NCBI GenBank assembly: GCA_034530875.2
Contig: JAVRCJ020000002.1
Coordinates: 288,001 to 352,000 of the forward strand
From: Nostoc sp. DedSLP01
Lineage (GTDB): Bacteria; Cyanobacteriota; Cyanobacteriia; Cyanobacteriales; Nostocaceae
DNA length: 64,000 nucleotides
Direction of reading: 5' to 3'
The notes below the pieces were generated by a model, which was given only the letters and a program-made list of their open reading frames with translations, was not told the origin of the DNA and searched no databases. A program made the translations under genes and the position numbers. Numbering within the stretch: the stretch's first letter is position 1; every line of letters begins with the position of its first letter. Positions 29,599 through 39,232 of the stretch are shown here, one piece after another.

Positions 29599-31956
29599 AT
29601 GGCACGCCGTTCGTTGAAAGCATCGAGTAGAGGTATTGAGAAAGCAAAAAGGGCTTTTAAAGTCAGAGAATGGACGCAAGATTATCTAGCAAGTGAGGTA
29701 GGGCTTGAAACTCGCCAGTCAATCTGGAAATTTTTTACAGGCAAACCGATTGAGCGTCAGAACTTTATGGAAATCTGCTTTCAACTCGGTTTAGATTGGC
29801 AAGAGATAGCCGAACTACCAGATCGGAAGCTACTCACAGAAAACCCCCAGGAATCAAAAAACTGCCACGATATTGAAAGCTTAGTGCAAATATTGCGATC
29901 GCGTCGCAGCGATAAGATTCAAACTCAGTGTGGTACTACACGCTTGTTAGATATTACTCAACCAATTGAGCTAAAGGAAATCTATGTTAGTACTAATATT
30001 CTCAATAGTATTACCAGCCAAAGATGGTTAGATATCCTCGATCTACAAGAATCCATCTCCGAAGGGGTAGATTCTTTTGGCTTTAATAAAGTCTCTCAGG
30101 AGAGAATTTCTGCAATAGAGGCAGCGATCGCTTGTTCCAAACTAGTGGTATTGGGTAAACCGGGGTCTGGCAAAACCACCTTTTTACAATATATTGCTAT
30201 GGAATGCGATCGAGGTAAATTACTATCAGACCGGATACCAATTTTTATTCGCTTAAAAAAATTTGCTGAGGATGCTACCGCAACAGCTAATTTTAATATA
30301 TCTAACTATATCATTCAAGAGCTTGGCTCTTGCGGTACTTCCGAAGCAGAAATTCAAATATTACTTAGTGAAGGTAAAATATTACTTCTCCTAGATGGCT
30401 TAGATGAAATTATAGAAAATTGTAGCGCTCAATTTTTATCCGAGATTGGCAATTTTACGCAACAAAATAGTAAAAATAAGATAATTATTACCTGTAGACT
30501 TGGTTACAATCGCTATCATCTTGATGAATACAGTTATGTTGAAATTGCTGATTTTGATTCGTTCCAAGTAGAAGCTTTTGTTCGCAATTGGTTTATTAAT
30601 GTTAGTAGGAATTCTCCAGAACAAGGCAAAGCCTTAGCTTGTCAATTTATGCAAAAGTTACAGCTATTAGAGAACCAACAAATTCAAGAACTTGCTGTAA
30701 CGCCGCTTTTGCTCAACCTAGCTTGTTGTGTATTTCACGCTCGGTCGGACTTTCCAGTGAGAAAGGTCGAAGTATATAGGCAAGGATTAGACATTTTGCT
30801 TAATCGCTGGGATAAAGCAAGAGATATTAAACGAAATCAAATCGATAGGTACTTTTCTTTATCACAAAAACTGGAATTACTTAGTCAGATTGCTGCCGTG
30901 ACTTTTGAGCAAGGTAATTACTTTTTTACACAAAGTCACCTTCAACAATACATCACAGATTACCTCTGTAACTTATCCACCGCCCAAACAGATCCCGACG
31001 TATTACAGCTTAATACTGAATTAGTGCTCAAATTGCTGGAGACACATGGATTGCTCATAGAGCAGGCGCGGGGAATTTATTCCTTCTCGCATATCACTTT
31101 TCAAGAGTATTTCACAGCTAAAAATATTGTTAATAGTGCCAGCCCACAAATATTAGAAAAAAAATTAATTGAGCTAGTCAGCCATCTAACTGAACCCCGT
31201 TGGCGCACGGTTTTTTTACTGACAGCCGGGATGTTGGATAATCCCACTTGTCTGTTGCAGTTAATGAAGGAACATGTCGATGGCCTTGTAGGTGGCGATC
31301 GGCAATTGCAAGACCTCCTCAATTGGCTCAACCATAAGTCCCTTTCAATTCAGGCTCCCCACAAACCAGCTGCTATTCGTGCCTTTTACCTGATAGTAGC
31401 TCTTCTAAAAGACCAGAACTTGAATCATGACTTGGCTTTTTCCCTTGGTATTGATATCAGGCAAGGTAGCAATCTAGCCTCTGATTTATCTCTAGATTTA
31501 GCTCTTGAGTCTGCCATTCGGTTAAGCCATGCCCTATCTTACGAACCGACTTTAGATCGAGTCTTGGCTTTGAGTTTTACTCTTCCTAACGATCGAACTC
31601 TTATGTGCGATCCCCAATTACAGAGATCCCTGCAAAAGCTCAAAGCACAATTACCGTCCCCAGTTCAAAGCGTAGAAAAGTTAAAGGAATGGTGGAATAC
31701 TAACGGTCAAACTTGGGCCAATGCATTGAGGTTGGCGATACTGAATTGCCGCAACATTGGTCATCAATGGCAGCTAAGGGAGCAGCAAAAAGAAATACTC
31801 AAGCAGTACTATACTGCTAACCAATTACTAGTAGATTGTCTCAAGAGTGCTTTTAAAATTACAAATTCCGCCGTACTAGAGAATATTTTGGCAACATTAC
31901 TGTTACCAATCTCTAAAACATCAGATCCTAGATTAAGCATTGATTTAGTGATATAA
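29599..31956 (+). CDS. HTH-NACHT (STAND, NLR-like) NTPase with C-terminal helical domain
   Basis: N-terminal XRE-like HTH (WTQDYLASEVGLETRQSIWKFF), Walker A GKPGSGKTT, Walker B LLLLDGLDE, IITCR, TPLLL, YSFSHITFQEYFTA. Confidence 0.9.
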   Translation: MARRSLKASSRGIEKAKRAFKVREWTQDYLASEVGLETRQSIWKFFTGKPIERQNFMEICFQLGLDWQEIAELPDRKLLTENPQESKNCHDIESLVQILRSRRSDKIQTQCGTTRLLDITQPIELKEIYVSTNILNSITSQRWLDILDLQESISEGVDSFGFNKVSQERISAIEAAIACSKLVVLGKPGSGKTTFLQYIAMECDRGKLLSDRIPIFIRLKKFAEDATATANFNISNYIIQELGSCGTSEAEIQILLSEGKILLLLDGLDEIIENCSAQFLSEIGNFTQQNSKNKIIITCRLGYNRYHLDEYSYVEIADFDSFQVEAFVRNWFINVSRNSPEQGKALACQFMQKLQLLENQQIQELAVTPLLLNLACCVFHARSDFPVRKVEVYRQGLDILLNRWDKARDIKRNQIDRYFSLSQKLELLSQIAAVTFEQGNYFFTQSHLQQYITDYLCNLSTAQTDPDVLQLNTELVLKLLETHGLLIEQARGIYSFSHITFQEYFTAKNIVNSASPQILEKKLIELVSHLTEPRWRTVFLLTAGMLDNPTCLLQLMKEHVDGLVGGDRQLQDLLNWLNHKSLSIQAPHKPAAIRAFYLIVALLKDQNLNHDLAFSLGIDIRQGSNLASDLSLDLALESAIRLSHALSYEPTLDRVLALSFTLPNDRTLMCDPQLQRSLQKLKAQLPSPVQSVEKLKEWWNTNGQTWANALRLAILNCRNIGHQWQLREQQKEILKQYYTANQLLVDCLKSAFKITNSAVLENILATLLLPISKTSDPRLSIDLVI

Positions 31957-31980
31957 AAATTAAACTACTATAAATACACG

Positions 31981-32209
31981 TAGTAGCGTGGCAAGACTAA
32001 AATAGTGTGTTATTGTAGGTTGGGCTGTAGCAAGATCCTGAAGGGTACGGAGTGAAATCCAACGTGGATCTTGGTGTTGGGTTACCCTGCGGGAACCTTC
32101 TGCGAGGGAACGGGAACGCCAAGGGCGAACAAGCCTCTTAACCCGTCCAACGCAGTGGCTTCCCAAGCTACAAAGTTTATTGCAACATTTTAAGCTTGCC
32201 ACGCCAGTA
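31981..32209. mobile_element. MITE-like element with internal small-repeat fragments
   Basis: Ends TAGTAGCGTGGCAAGACTAAAAT and reverse complement TACTGGCGTGGCAAGCTTAAAAT match at 19/23; 32140-32160 is the reverse complement of 16910-16930. Confidence 0.65.
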
Positions 32210-32324
32210 GGGTGCGTTAGCCTGAGGGTACTGCACCAGTTAACGAATTAGATAAAGTTACGTTACTGAGTAAGGGTATTTTTACTTGCAGTACCAACTA
32301 AATTGGATACAAAACTTACCAAAA

Positions 32325-32382
32325 TTATACGTTAATTCAAACATTTTTCTAAACGCGATCGCAAACAGACTGATTAGACACT
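32325..32382 (+). promoter_or_regulatory. Copy B of the 58-bp element, upstream of the right operon
   Basis: TTATACGTTAATTCAAACATTTTTCTAAACGCGATCGCAAACAGACTGATTAGACACT; 50/58 identical to the reverse complement of 29136-29193. Confidence 0.75.
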
Positions 32383-32669
32383 CAATTTATTACAAGACTT
32401 TTCATTGATAGCCATTGTGGTGGTACCAAAGCAAATGTATGCTGCGAAAGCGTTACTGGGCTAGTTAAATGTGTGTTCTCTTTTTTGAGCAAACTAACCT
32501 AAATTGTACGCCAAGGGAATTTGGTAGGGTAAAGGGAAAGAGAAAAGGTGTTTTATCCCTTGCCTTTTACGGTTTAAACTTTCCCGATTCACCCAGTATT
32601 TTTGCTTAGCGCTTTACTAGCGTTTCAGCAACAAAAGAAATAAATTTGCAGTGAATTGTCGGGGGTAAT

Positions 32670-34733
32670 TTGCAAAACTTGACTTCACCACCTTCTGGCT
32701 TCTCTGCTGAACCACTTGCAGGCAGCGAGAGAGTGACAGTAAAGGGAAAGTTTTTCTTTATTGGAGAGAAAAAGTTTTTTCTCAAAGGAGTTAGCTACGG
32801 CCCCTTTTCTGTAGGCACGCACGGCGAGTCTTTTCCAGAAAAACCGATTGTGGAAAAAGACTTTGCCTTGATGGCAGAAATGGGAGTTAACTGTCTGCGT
32901 ACCTATACTGTTCCACCTAAGTGGCTTTTGGATTTAGCTGCAATGTACGGTCTGAGGCTATTAATCGGTATCCCTTGGACTCAGCATATTGCTTTCCTTG
33001 ACTCTTCTACTGTCAAGGCAGAAATCCGTAACAGCATTGCTCAAGGAGTTAAAGCCTGCCGGAATCATCCTGCCACCTTTGCCTATTTAGTGGGTAACGA
33101 AATTCCTCCAGATATTGTGCGATGGCACGGAGCAAAAAAAGTCCGGGCTTTTATCAAAGAGTTAATGGCGGTAGCAAAATCCAACGATCCCGAAGGTCTG
33201 GTGAGCTATGCCAATTACCCCTCTACGGAGTATTTAAATATTAACTTTACTGATTTTTCGTGCTTTAACGTTTACCTGCACAGGCAAACAGATTTTCGTC
33301 GCTACCTCTCGCGGCTGCATAATCTAGCCGAAGATAAACCCCTAGTGCTGAGTGAGTTTGGTGTTGACTCCATACGTGAGGGAAACCAAGCCCAAGCCGA
33401 AATTCTCTCGCAAAAGCTGTCATCTAGTTTTGAGATGGGAGCAGCCGGAACGATAATTTTTTCTTGGACGGACGAGTGGTTTACCGGCGGATATGCTATC
33501 CAGGACTGGGCTTTTGGTGTAGTTGATGCCAAACGCCTGAAGAAGCCTGCCTTCCAAACAGTGCAGCAGTATTACACGGCGTCTTTACCGCCTGTATTAC
33601 CCAGGTATCCCAAAGTTTCAGTAATTGTCTGCGCTTACAATGCCGAACGCACGATGGATAGTTGTCTGGCTTCTTTGAAAGAACTCAACTATCCCAACTA
33701 TGAAGTCATCGTTGTGAATGATGGATCGCGCGATCGCACTTTAGAAATTAGTCAGCGTTACGATTATGTACGCATAATTAGCCAAGAAAACAAAGGGCTA
33801 AGCGTCGCCCGCAACGTTGGTCTGGCCGCCGCCACTGGCGAGATTGTGGCCTATACGGATTCTGATTGCATGGCAGATCCAGATTGGCTCACTTATCTAG
33901 TAGAAAAGTTCCTTTCTTCAGGTCTAGCCGCTGTTGGCGGGCCAAACTTATCTCCTCCAGAGGAATCTCTCGTTCCCGCCTGCGTCGCCGTTTCTCCTGG
34001 CGTACCTACCCATATCCTTTTGAGTGATGAAGTAGCCGAACATATTGCTGGTTGCAACATGGCTTTTCGTCGGGAGGCGTTAGAAGAAATTCACGGCTTC
34101 AACCCGATATTTCGTGCTGCTGGTGATGATGTCGATATCTGCTGGCGGCTGCAAGATAGGGGTTACACCATTGGTTTTAGCCCAGCCGCAATTGTATGGC
34201 ACTTTCGTAGGAACACAGTAGAAGCCTATCTCAAACAGCAGCAAGGCTATGGCAAGGCAGAAGCACTGGTTTATTTTAAGCATCCTTTCCGCTTTAACCT
34301 TCTGGGACAGCCTTCTTGGTTGGGGAGAATCTACGGAGATTTATCTACATTTGTTCGTCTTGGTCAACCAGTTATTTATTCTGGGGTGTTTGGTCGCGGT
34401 CTCTTCCAAACCCTGTACGAGCCTTCCTCCTCACTTATCTCTTACCTACCTCTGACACTAGAGTGGAACATCGCAGCTTTGTTGCTGTTATTATCTGCAC
34501 TTTTGTCAGGCGATCGCCCTTGGCTGGGTGCGGTAATGTTCCTCATCTCTTTTACATGGTGTGTTGTAGGTGCTTTACAAGCGCGGATCGATCCCCGATT
34601 TGTTGGACTCAGGGCAAGGTTGCTTGTGGCAGTACTGATTTACCTGGGGCCGCTGGTACGTAGTGTAGAACGCTACCGCTGGCGCATCAAGGAACTCACC
34701 AAAGCGCAACCTATAAATTTTGATGACCTTTAA
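32670..34733 (+). CDS. Clan GH-A (GH2-like) TIM barrel fused to a GT2 glycosyltransferase with C-terminal TM helices
   Basis: LKGVSYGP, VGNEIP (acid/base), LSEFG (nucleophile); then VSVIVCAYN, VNDGS, YTDSDC, GCNMAFRR, GDDVD; TTG start after GGGGG. Confidence 0.88.
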   Translation: MQNLTSPPSGFSAEPLAGSERVTVKGKFFFIGEKKFFLKGVSYGPFSVGTHGESFPEKPIVEKDFALMAEMGVNCLRTYTVPPKWLLDLAAMYGLRLLIGIPWTQHIAFLDSSTVKAEIRNSIAQGVKACRNHPATFAYLVGNEIPPDIVRWHGAKKVRAFIKELMAVAKSNDPEGLVSYANYPSTEYLNINFTDFSCFNVYLHRQTDFRRYLSRLHNLAEDKPLVLSEFGVDSIREGNQAQAEILSQKLSSSFEMGAAGTIIFSWTDEWFTGGYAIQDWAFGVVDAKRLKKPAFQTVQQYYTASLPPVLPRYPKVSVIVCAYNAERTMDSCLASLKELNYPNYEVIVVNDGSRDRTLEISQRYDYVRIISQENKGLSVARNVGLAAATGEIVAYTDSDCMADPDWLTYLVEKFLSSGLAAVGGPNLSPPEESLVPACVAVSPGVPTHILLSDEVAEHIAGCNMAFRREALEEIHGFNPIFRAAGDDVDICWRLQDRGYTIGFSPAAIVWHFRRNTVEAYLKQQQGYGKAEALVYFKHPFRFNLLGQPSWLGRIYGDLSTFVRLGQPVIYSGVFGRGLFQTLYEPSSSLISYLPLTLEWNIAALLLLLSALLSGDRPWLGAVMFLISFTWCVVGALQARIDPRFVGLRARLLVAVLIYLGPLVRSVERYRWRIKELTKAQPINFDDL

Positions 34734-34759
34734 ATACAAATAAAACAAGTTTTAAGACA

Positions 34760-35326
34760 ATGACTCAAACACTAACTCCAGCAGATTTAATCGAGTTTGA
34801 TTCGCCAGCATCCAAAGTCAAAATTTCCTGGCGCGATCGCGGCTATGAATTGTCCTATTGGACAGAAACAGCAATGGAAAAAGAAAGCCTGCTGCAAAAA
34901 GTGATGGATTTATTCCTAGCCCACAAATATTTCATTGTTACAGATGGAGGTTGGAGCGACTGGGATTTAGAGATTTATCGCGGGATTTGGTCAAAAGTGC
35001 AGCTGAAAGTCTGCACTGAAAATCATGGAGGTAAAAAAAGAGTTATCAAAGTGTGGTGTGGGTTGAGGATGTCACAGTTAGCTACTATGGCTATGTTTGG
35101 CTATTCCTTATTCGCGATCGTGGCAATAATTCTGGGAATGCCAGAAGTAGCAGCAGTCACAGCTGTACTAGGTCTGCTCAACGCCAGTGTCATATTATAT
35201 GAAAACTTCCAGCTAGGACGCATTCTCTACCAAGTACTAGAGAATATTGCCAAAAGAGTCTACTTGCTGCCAATTCAAACCACCTCGAACAAGTCTGTCG
35301 CTCAAAGTGCAATATTACAGCCGTGA
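34760..35326 (+). CDS. Membrane protein; probable detached C-terminal part of the upstream GH-GT2 protein
   Basis: GGWSDWDLEIYRGIW...ENHGG plus 2 TM helices; its start echoes the end of the upstream ORF. Confidence 0.65.
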   Translation: MTQTLTPADLIEFDSPASKVKISWRDRGYELSYWTETAMEKESLLQKVMDLFLAHKYFIVTDGGWSDWDLEIYRGIWSKVQLKVCTENHGGKKRVIKVWCGLRMSQLATMAMFGYSLFAIVAIILGMPEVAAVTAVLGLLNASVILYENFQLGRILYQVLENIAKRVYLLPIQTTSNKSVAQSAILQP

Positions 35327-35594
35327 TATTTGTTAAGGGGAAAGGGAAAAGGGGTAAAAGTTTTTCCTTCCATTCCTCTTCGCCATTCCCTCTCAAGGGT
35401 AGGTTTTTTATAATCTCAAAAATATTTGAGAAAATTCTCAATTGTTTAACGTGGTTTGCTCGTTAGAGGATTTAAGCATCGGGTGAAATCCTCAAAAATG
35501 CTCGAATAAAAAATACCTACCTTGAAAGTTCCCCTTTCCCCTTTCCCCCTTATCCCCCTCTATCCCAACAACCATACGGGAGGTGAATCTGTAA

Positions 35595-37424
35595 GTGAAG
35601 CAAATCGAAGCGATGATGCATCGATACGGGCAGATGCTCCGATATCCACTGCGCCATTGGCGGACTTTAATAGCAATCCTCGCTCTCACGGCTGGCACTT
35701 CAGCCACCGCAACACTTCAACCTTGGCCGATGAAAATCCTGGTAGATTATGCCTTGGGTCAAGGAGTCATCCCCGCGCAAGTTCGCTCGTTCCTGGAAAC
35801 TTTTAACCTGGCAGTCACCCCAGGACTACTAGTTGTTGTCGCTGCTGTTTGTAGCCTTGGACTTTATGCCCTAAACGCTACTTTGGAAACAAGCCTTACT
35901 TGGGCCTGGAGTGCTGCCGGGCAAGGTATGGTCTACGAACTCGCCCAGAAATTGTTCTATCGTTTGCAGCGCCTTTCAATGCTGTTCCATAACCAACGGA
36001 CTGTCGGTGATTCCCTCAGCCGTTTGGCCGGAGATACCTATTGCGTTTACACCCTGACTGGTGCTTTGCTGATTTCACCCATGCAGCACCTACTGACGCT
36101 AGTAACTATTAGCATTGTCGCCTGGAACCTGAATCCTTTACTAACGCTACTTTCGCTCTTCGTAGCCCCTATAATGGGTGGTTCAGCCCTTGTTTTTGGT
36201 TCCCGAATCAAGCGGCGGACAAAACTTAACCGCGAAGCCCAGTCTCGCCTTACCAGCTTTGTCCACCAAACAGTCACAGCAATTCCCATCGTCCAGGCAT
36301 TTGCTAGGGAGAGTTACAATACCCGGCAGTTTGAGAGCTTAGCGGCAGACGCAGTTGTTCTCTCGCAACGGGAAACTTTGCTCAAGAGTGTTTACAGCGT
36401 AGCAAATGGTTTTGTAACAACTATCGGTACTGCCATTGTTCTGTATGTAGGCGGGCAGCAGGTGTTATTGGGGGCTATGAGTATTGGTAGTTTGCTCGTC
36501 TTCTTAGCATATCTACAGTCTATACAAGGAGCATTTAGGGGGCTGTTTGGTATTTACGGGAGCCTGAAGTCCGTAGATGCCAATATAGATAGAGTCTTAG
36601 AGATTTTGGATGCTGAGGATGGGGTGCAGGATGCCCCTGGTGCTAGACCATTGCCAGTTCGTATGTCGGGAGGACGCGGACACATATCTTTAGAGAAAGT
36701 CACCTTCGGTTACGAACCGAACTATCCCGTCCTCAAAGAAGTTAGCCTAGAAGCCCGACCCGGAGAAACCATCGCCTTGGTAGGCGCTACGGGTGCTGGT
36801 AAGAGTACGCTGGTTTCCCTGATTCCCCGGTTTTTTGACCCCTGGCAAGGACGAGTCCTGTTTGATGGGGTAGACGTAAAAACTGTGCAAATTAAAAGCC
36901 TACGCGAGCAGATTGCCTTGGTGCTACAGGAGCCGTTTCTCCTACCACTCTCGGTGGCACAAAACATTGCCTACGGTCGCCCAAAAGCGAGTTTTGAGGA
37001 GATTGTCGCAGCTGCCAAAGCAGCTAGGGCGGACGACTTCATCCGACAGTTACCTCAGGGGTACGACACCGTTCTCAGTGAAAGAGGAGCTATCCTTTCC
37101 GGCGGACAGAAACAACGACTGGCGATCGCCAGGGCGCTGCTTAAGGATGCGCCAGTACTAATTCTCGACGAACCTACCTCTGCCCTAGATGCTCACACCG
37201 AAATGCTGCTGTTGCAAGCTTTAGACCGACTGATGCAGGGGCGCACGGTATTTATCATCGCTCACCGCCTTTCGACTATTCTCCGAGCAGATCGGATCGT
37301 GGTGCTGGAACAGGGGAGAGTTGTGGAAATGGGAACGCATCAGGAATTGCTGGCAAACTCTGGTCTGTACAAGCGTTTGCACTCCTTACAATTTCCCGAC
37401 TCGCCACAGGAGGTCGCGTTATGA
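35595..37424 (+). CDS. ABC exporter, fused TMD-NBD (MsbA-like)
   Basis: TM domain plus GATGAGKST, LSGGQKQR, ILDEPT, IAHRLST. Confidence 0.93.
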   Translation: MKQIEAMMHRYGQMLRYPLRHWRTLIAILALTAGTSATATLQPWPMKILVDYALGQGVIPAQVRSFLETFNLAVTPGLLVVVAAVCSLGLYALNATLETSLTWAWSAAGQGMVYELAQKLFYRLQRLSMLFHNQRTVGDSLSRLAGDTYCVYTLTGALLISPMQHLLTLVTISIVAWNLNPLLTLLSLFVAPIMGGSALVFGSRIKRRTKLNREAQSRLTSFVHQTVTAIPIVQAFARESYNTRQFESLAADAVVLSQRETLLKSVYSVANGFVTTIGTAIVLYVGGQQVLLGAMSIGSLLVFLAYLQSIQGAFRGLFGIYGSLKSVDANIDRVLEILDAEDGVQDAPGARPLPVRMSGGRGHISLEKVTFGYEPNYPVLKEVSLEARPGETIALVGATGAGKSTLVSLIPRFFDPWQGRVLFDGVDVKTVQIKSLREQIALVLQEPFLLPLSVAQNIAYGRPKASFEEIVAAAKAARADDFIRQLPQGYDTVLSERGAILSGGQKQRLAIARALLKDAPVLILDEPTSALDAHTEMLLLQALDRLMQGRTVFIIAHRLSTILRADRIVVLEQGRVVEMGTHQELLANSGLYKRLHSLQFPDSPQEVAL

Positions 37425-39217
37425 AACTCTGGTGGCTGCGACTGGCACGTTACGCCCTAGTCCGTTGGCGCGGGCTGGCCTTTGTGCTGGTGCTGATGCT
37501 CGTTAATGTCGGGCTGAATGTCCTCAAGCCTTGGCCTTTGAAGGCGATCGTTGATTGCGTCCTGAGCAACCAACCCCTGCCAAATACTTTTGTTTGGCTC
37601 AAAACCTTAGCTGGTGGTGGCGATACTCAACTACTTGGCCTGTTGGTAGGTGCGACAATCGTTCTCTTTCTAGCTAGTGAAGGAGTTCGTCTGCTCCAAG
37701 ATTATCTCGGCGCTGGCGTTGGCAGTCAAATGAGTTATGACTTGGGAGCAGCACTGTTCCATCGCCTACAGCATCTTTCTTTGGAGTTTCACAACAAACA
37801 GCAAGCTGGAGATCTCGTCCGGCGAGTCATGACCGACAGCATTTGTATTCGGAATTTGGTCATGGGTGTTTTTCTGCCCGTGTTAACTTCTGTGGCGAAT
37901 CTCGCAGTCATGTTCGCTGTCATGTGGCAACTCGATCGCTTCCTTTCACTGTTATCGCTAGTCGTTGCTCCTTTGATTGTGTTACTGATTTGGTTCTTTA
38001 ACCAGCGCATGATTGAGCGAACCTATCAGCATCAACAATTTGAAGGCGAGATTATGGCACTGGGAGAACAGACCTTAACAGCACTCCCAATTGTGAAAGC
38101 ATTCAATCGCGAAGCACACCAAGATGAACGCTTTCGCTACCTGTCCCAAAAAGCACTGCAAGCTTGTTTGCAGGCTATTTTTGCTCAGATGCAATTCAAA
38201 TTTGGCGTCAGTGGAGTAACCGCAGTCGGAACGGCAGCAATCGTGCTATTCGGCGGCTTCCAAGTGCTGAATCAGTCGCTTTCAATTGGGTCTTTACTGG
38301 TCTTCCTTTCTTATCTCGCCTCCTTGTATGCGCCGATGGAGACTTTAGCTTACATGTCTTCTGGTTTTGCAGCAGCCGCCGCAAGTGCTAGAAGAGTGCT
38401 ATTCGTATTAGATGCTAAGGAGGAGGTGCGCGAGACTGCCGATGCCAAACCTCTTGCTAAAGCGACTGGCTACGTCTGTTTAGAGAAAGTCACCTTCGGT
38501 TACCAGCATGGCAAACCAGTACTCCAGGACATATCCTTAGAAGCGCGGCCAGGGGAAACCATTGCCTTGGTAGGAGCCACAGGAGTAGGTAAGAGTACTT
38601 TGGTTTCCCTGATTCCCCGTTTTTTCGATCCTTGGCAAGGACGAGTCCTGTTTGATGGGGTAGATATCCGCGATGTGCAACTGCAAAGTCTGCGCCAGCA
38701 GATTGCTGTGGTGCTGCAAGAGCCGTTTTTACTACCGCTAAGCATTGCCGAGAATATTGCATATAGCTGTGTTAATGCCAGCCGCGAAGCAATTATTGCC
38801 GCCGCCCAAGCTGCCAATGCTGACACCTTTATTCAACTATTACCTAAAGGTTACGACACGGTAATTGGCGAGCGAGGAGCTACACTTTCCGGGGGAGAAA
38901 AGCAACGCTTAGCGATCGCCCGCGCCCTACTCAAGAATGCGCCAGTGCTGATTTTAGACGAACCCACCTCTGCTTTGGACGCTCAAACCGAGTTTCTCTT
39001 GCTAGAGGCATTGGAGCGACTGATGGCAGGACGAACCACGTTTATTATTGCCCATCGCCTCTCCACAATCCAACGAGCAGACCGGATCGTGGTGTTGGAA
39101 GAAGGACGAGTTGCAGAGATTGGCAACCATCAAGCATTGCTAAACGCTCGTGGGCTGTACTATCGCCTGCACCAAACCCAGTCGAGTCGAGCGATCGTCC
39201 ATTCTGAATCAGTATAA
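37421..39217 (+). CDS. ABC exporter, fused TMD-NBD (MsbA-like), second paralog
   Basis: GATGVGKST, LSGGEKQR, ILDEPT, IAHRLST; ATGA overlap with the previous gene. Confidence 0.93.
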   Translation: MKLWWLRLARYALVRWRGLAFVLVLMLVNVGLNVLKPWPLKAIVDCVLSNQPLPNTFVWLKTLAGGGDTQLLGLLVGATIVLFLASEGVRLLQDYLGAGVGSQMSYDLGAALFHRLQHLSLEFHNKQQAGDLVRRVMTDSICIRNLVMGVFLPVLTSVANLAVMFAVMWQLDRFLSLLSLVVAPLIVLLIWFFNQRMIERTYQHQQFEGEIMALGEQTLTALPIVKAFNREAHQDERFRYLSQKALQACLQAIFAQMQFKFGVSGVTAVGTAAIVLFGGFQVLNQSLSIGSLLVFLSYLASLYAPMETLAYMSSGFAAAAASARRVLFVLDAKEEVRETADAKPLAKATGYVCLEKVTFGYQHGKPVLQDISLEARPGETIALVGATGVGKSTLVSLIPRFFDPWQGRVLFDGVDIRDVQLQSLRQQIAVVLQEPFLLPLSIAENIAYSCVNASREAIIAAAQAANADTFIQLLPKGYDTVIGERGATLSGGEKQRLAIARALLKNAPVLILDEPTSALDAQTEFLLLEALERLMAGRTTFIIAHRLSTIQRADRIVVLEEGRVAEIGNHQALLNARGLYYRLHQTQSSRAIVHSESV

Positions 39218-39232
39218 ACCAGGAGAGCTAAG

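Noticed and set aside
31960..32202. 80-aa minus-strand ORF
   Set aside because: Lies almost entirely within the MITE-like repeat composite
29136..32382. Invertible NACHT cassette (phase-variation switch) bounded by inverted repeats
   Set aside because: The repeats have 8 mismatches and no recombinase gene is in the window; a duplicated promoter is simpler. Long reads could still test it.
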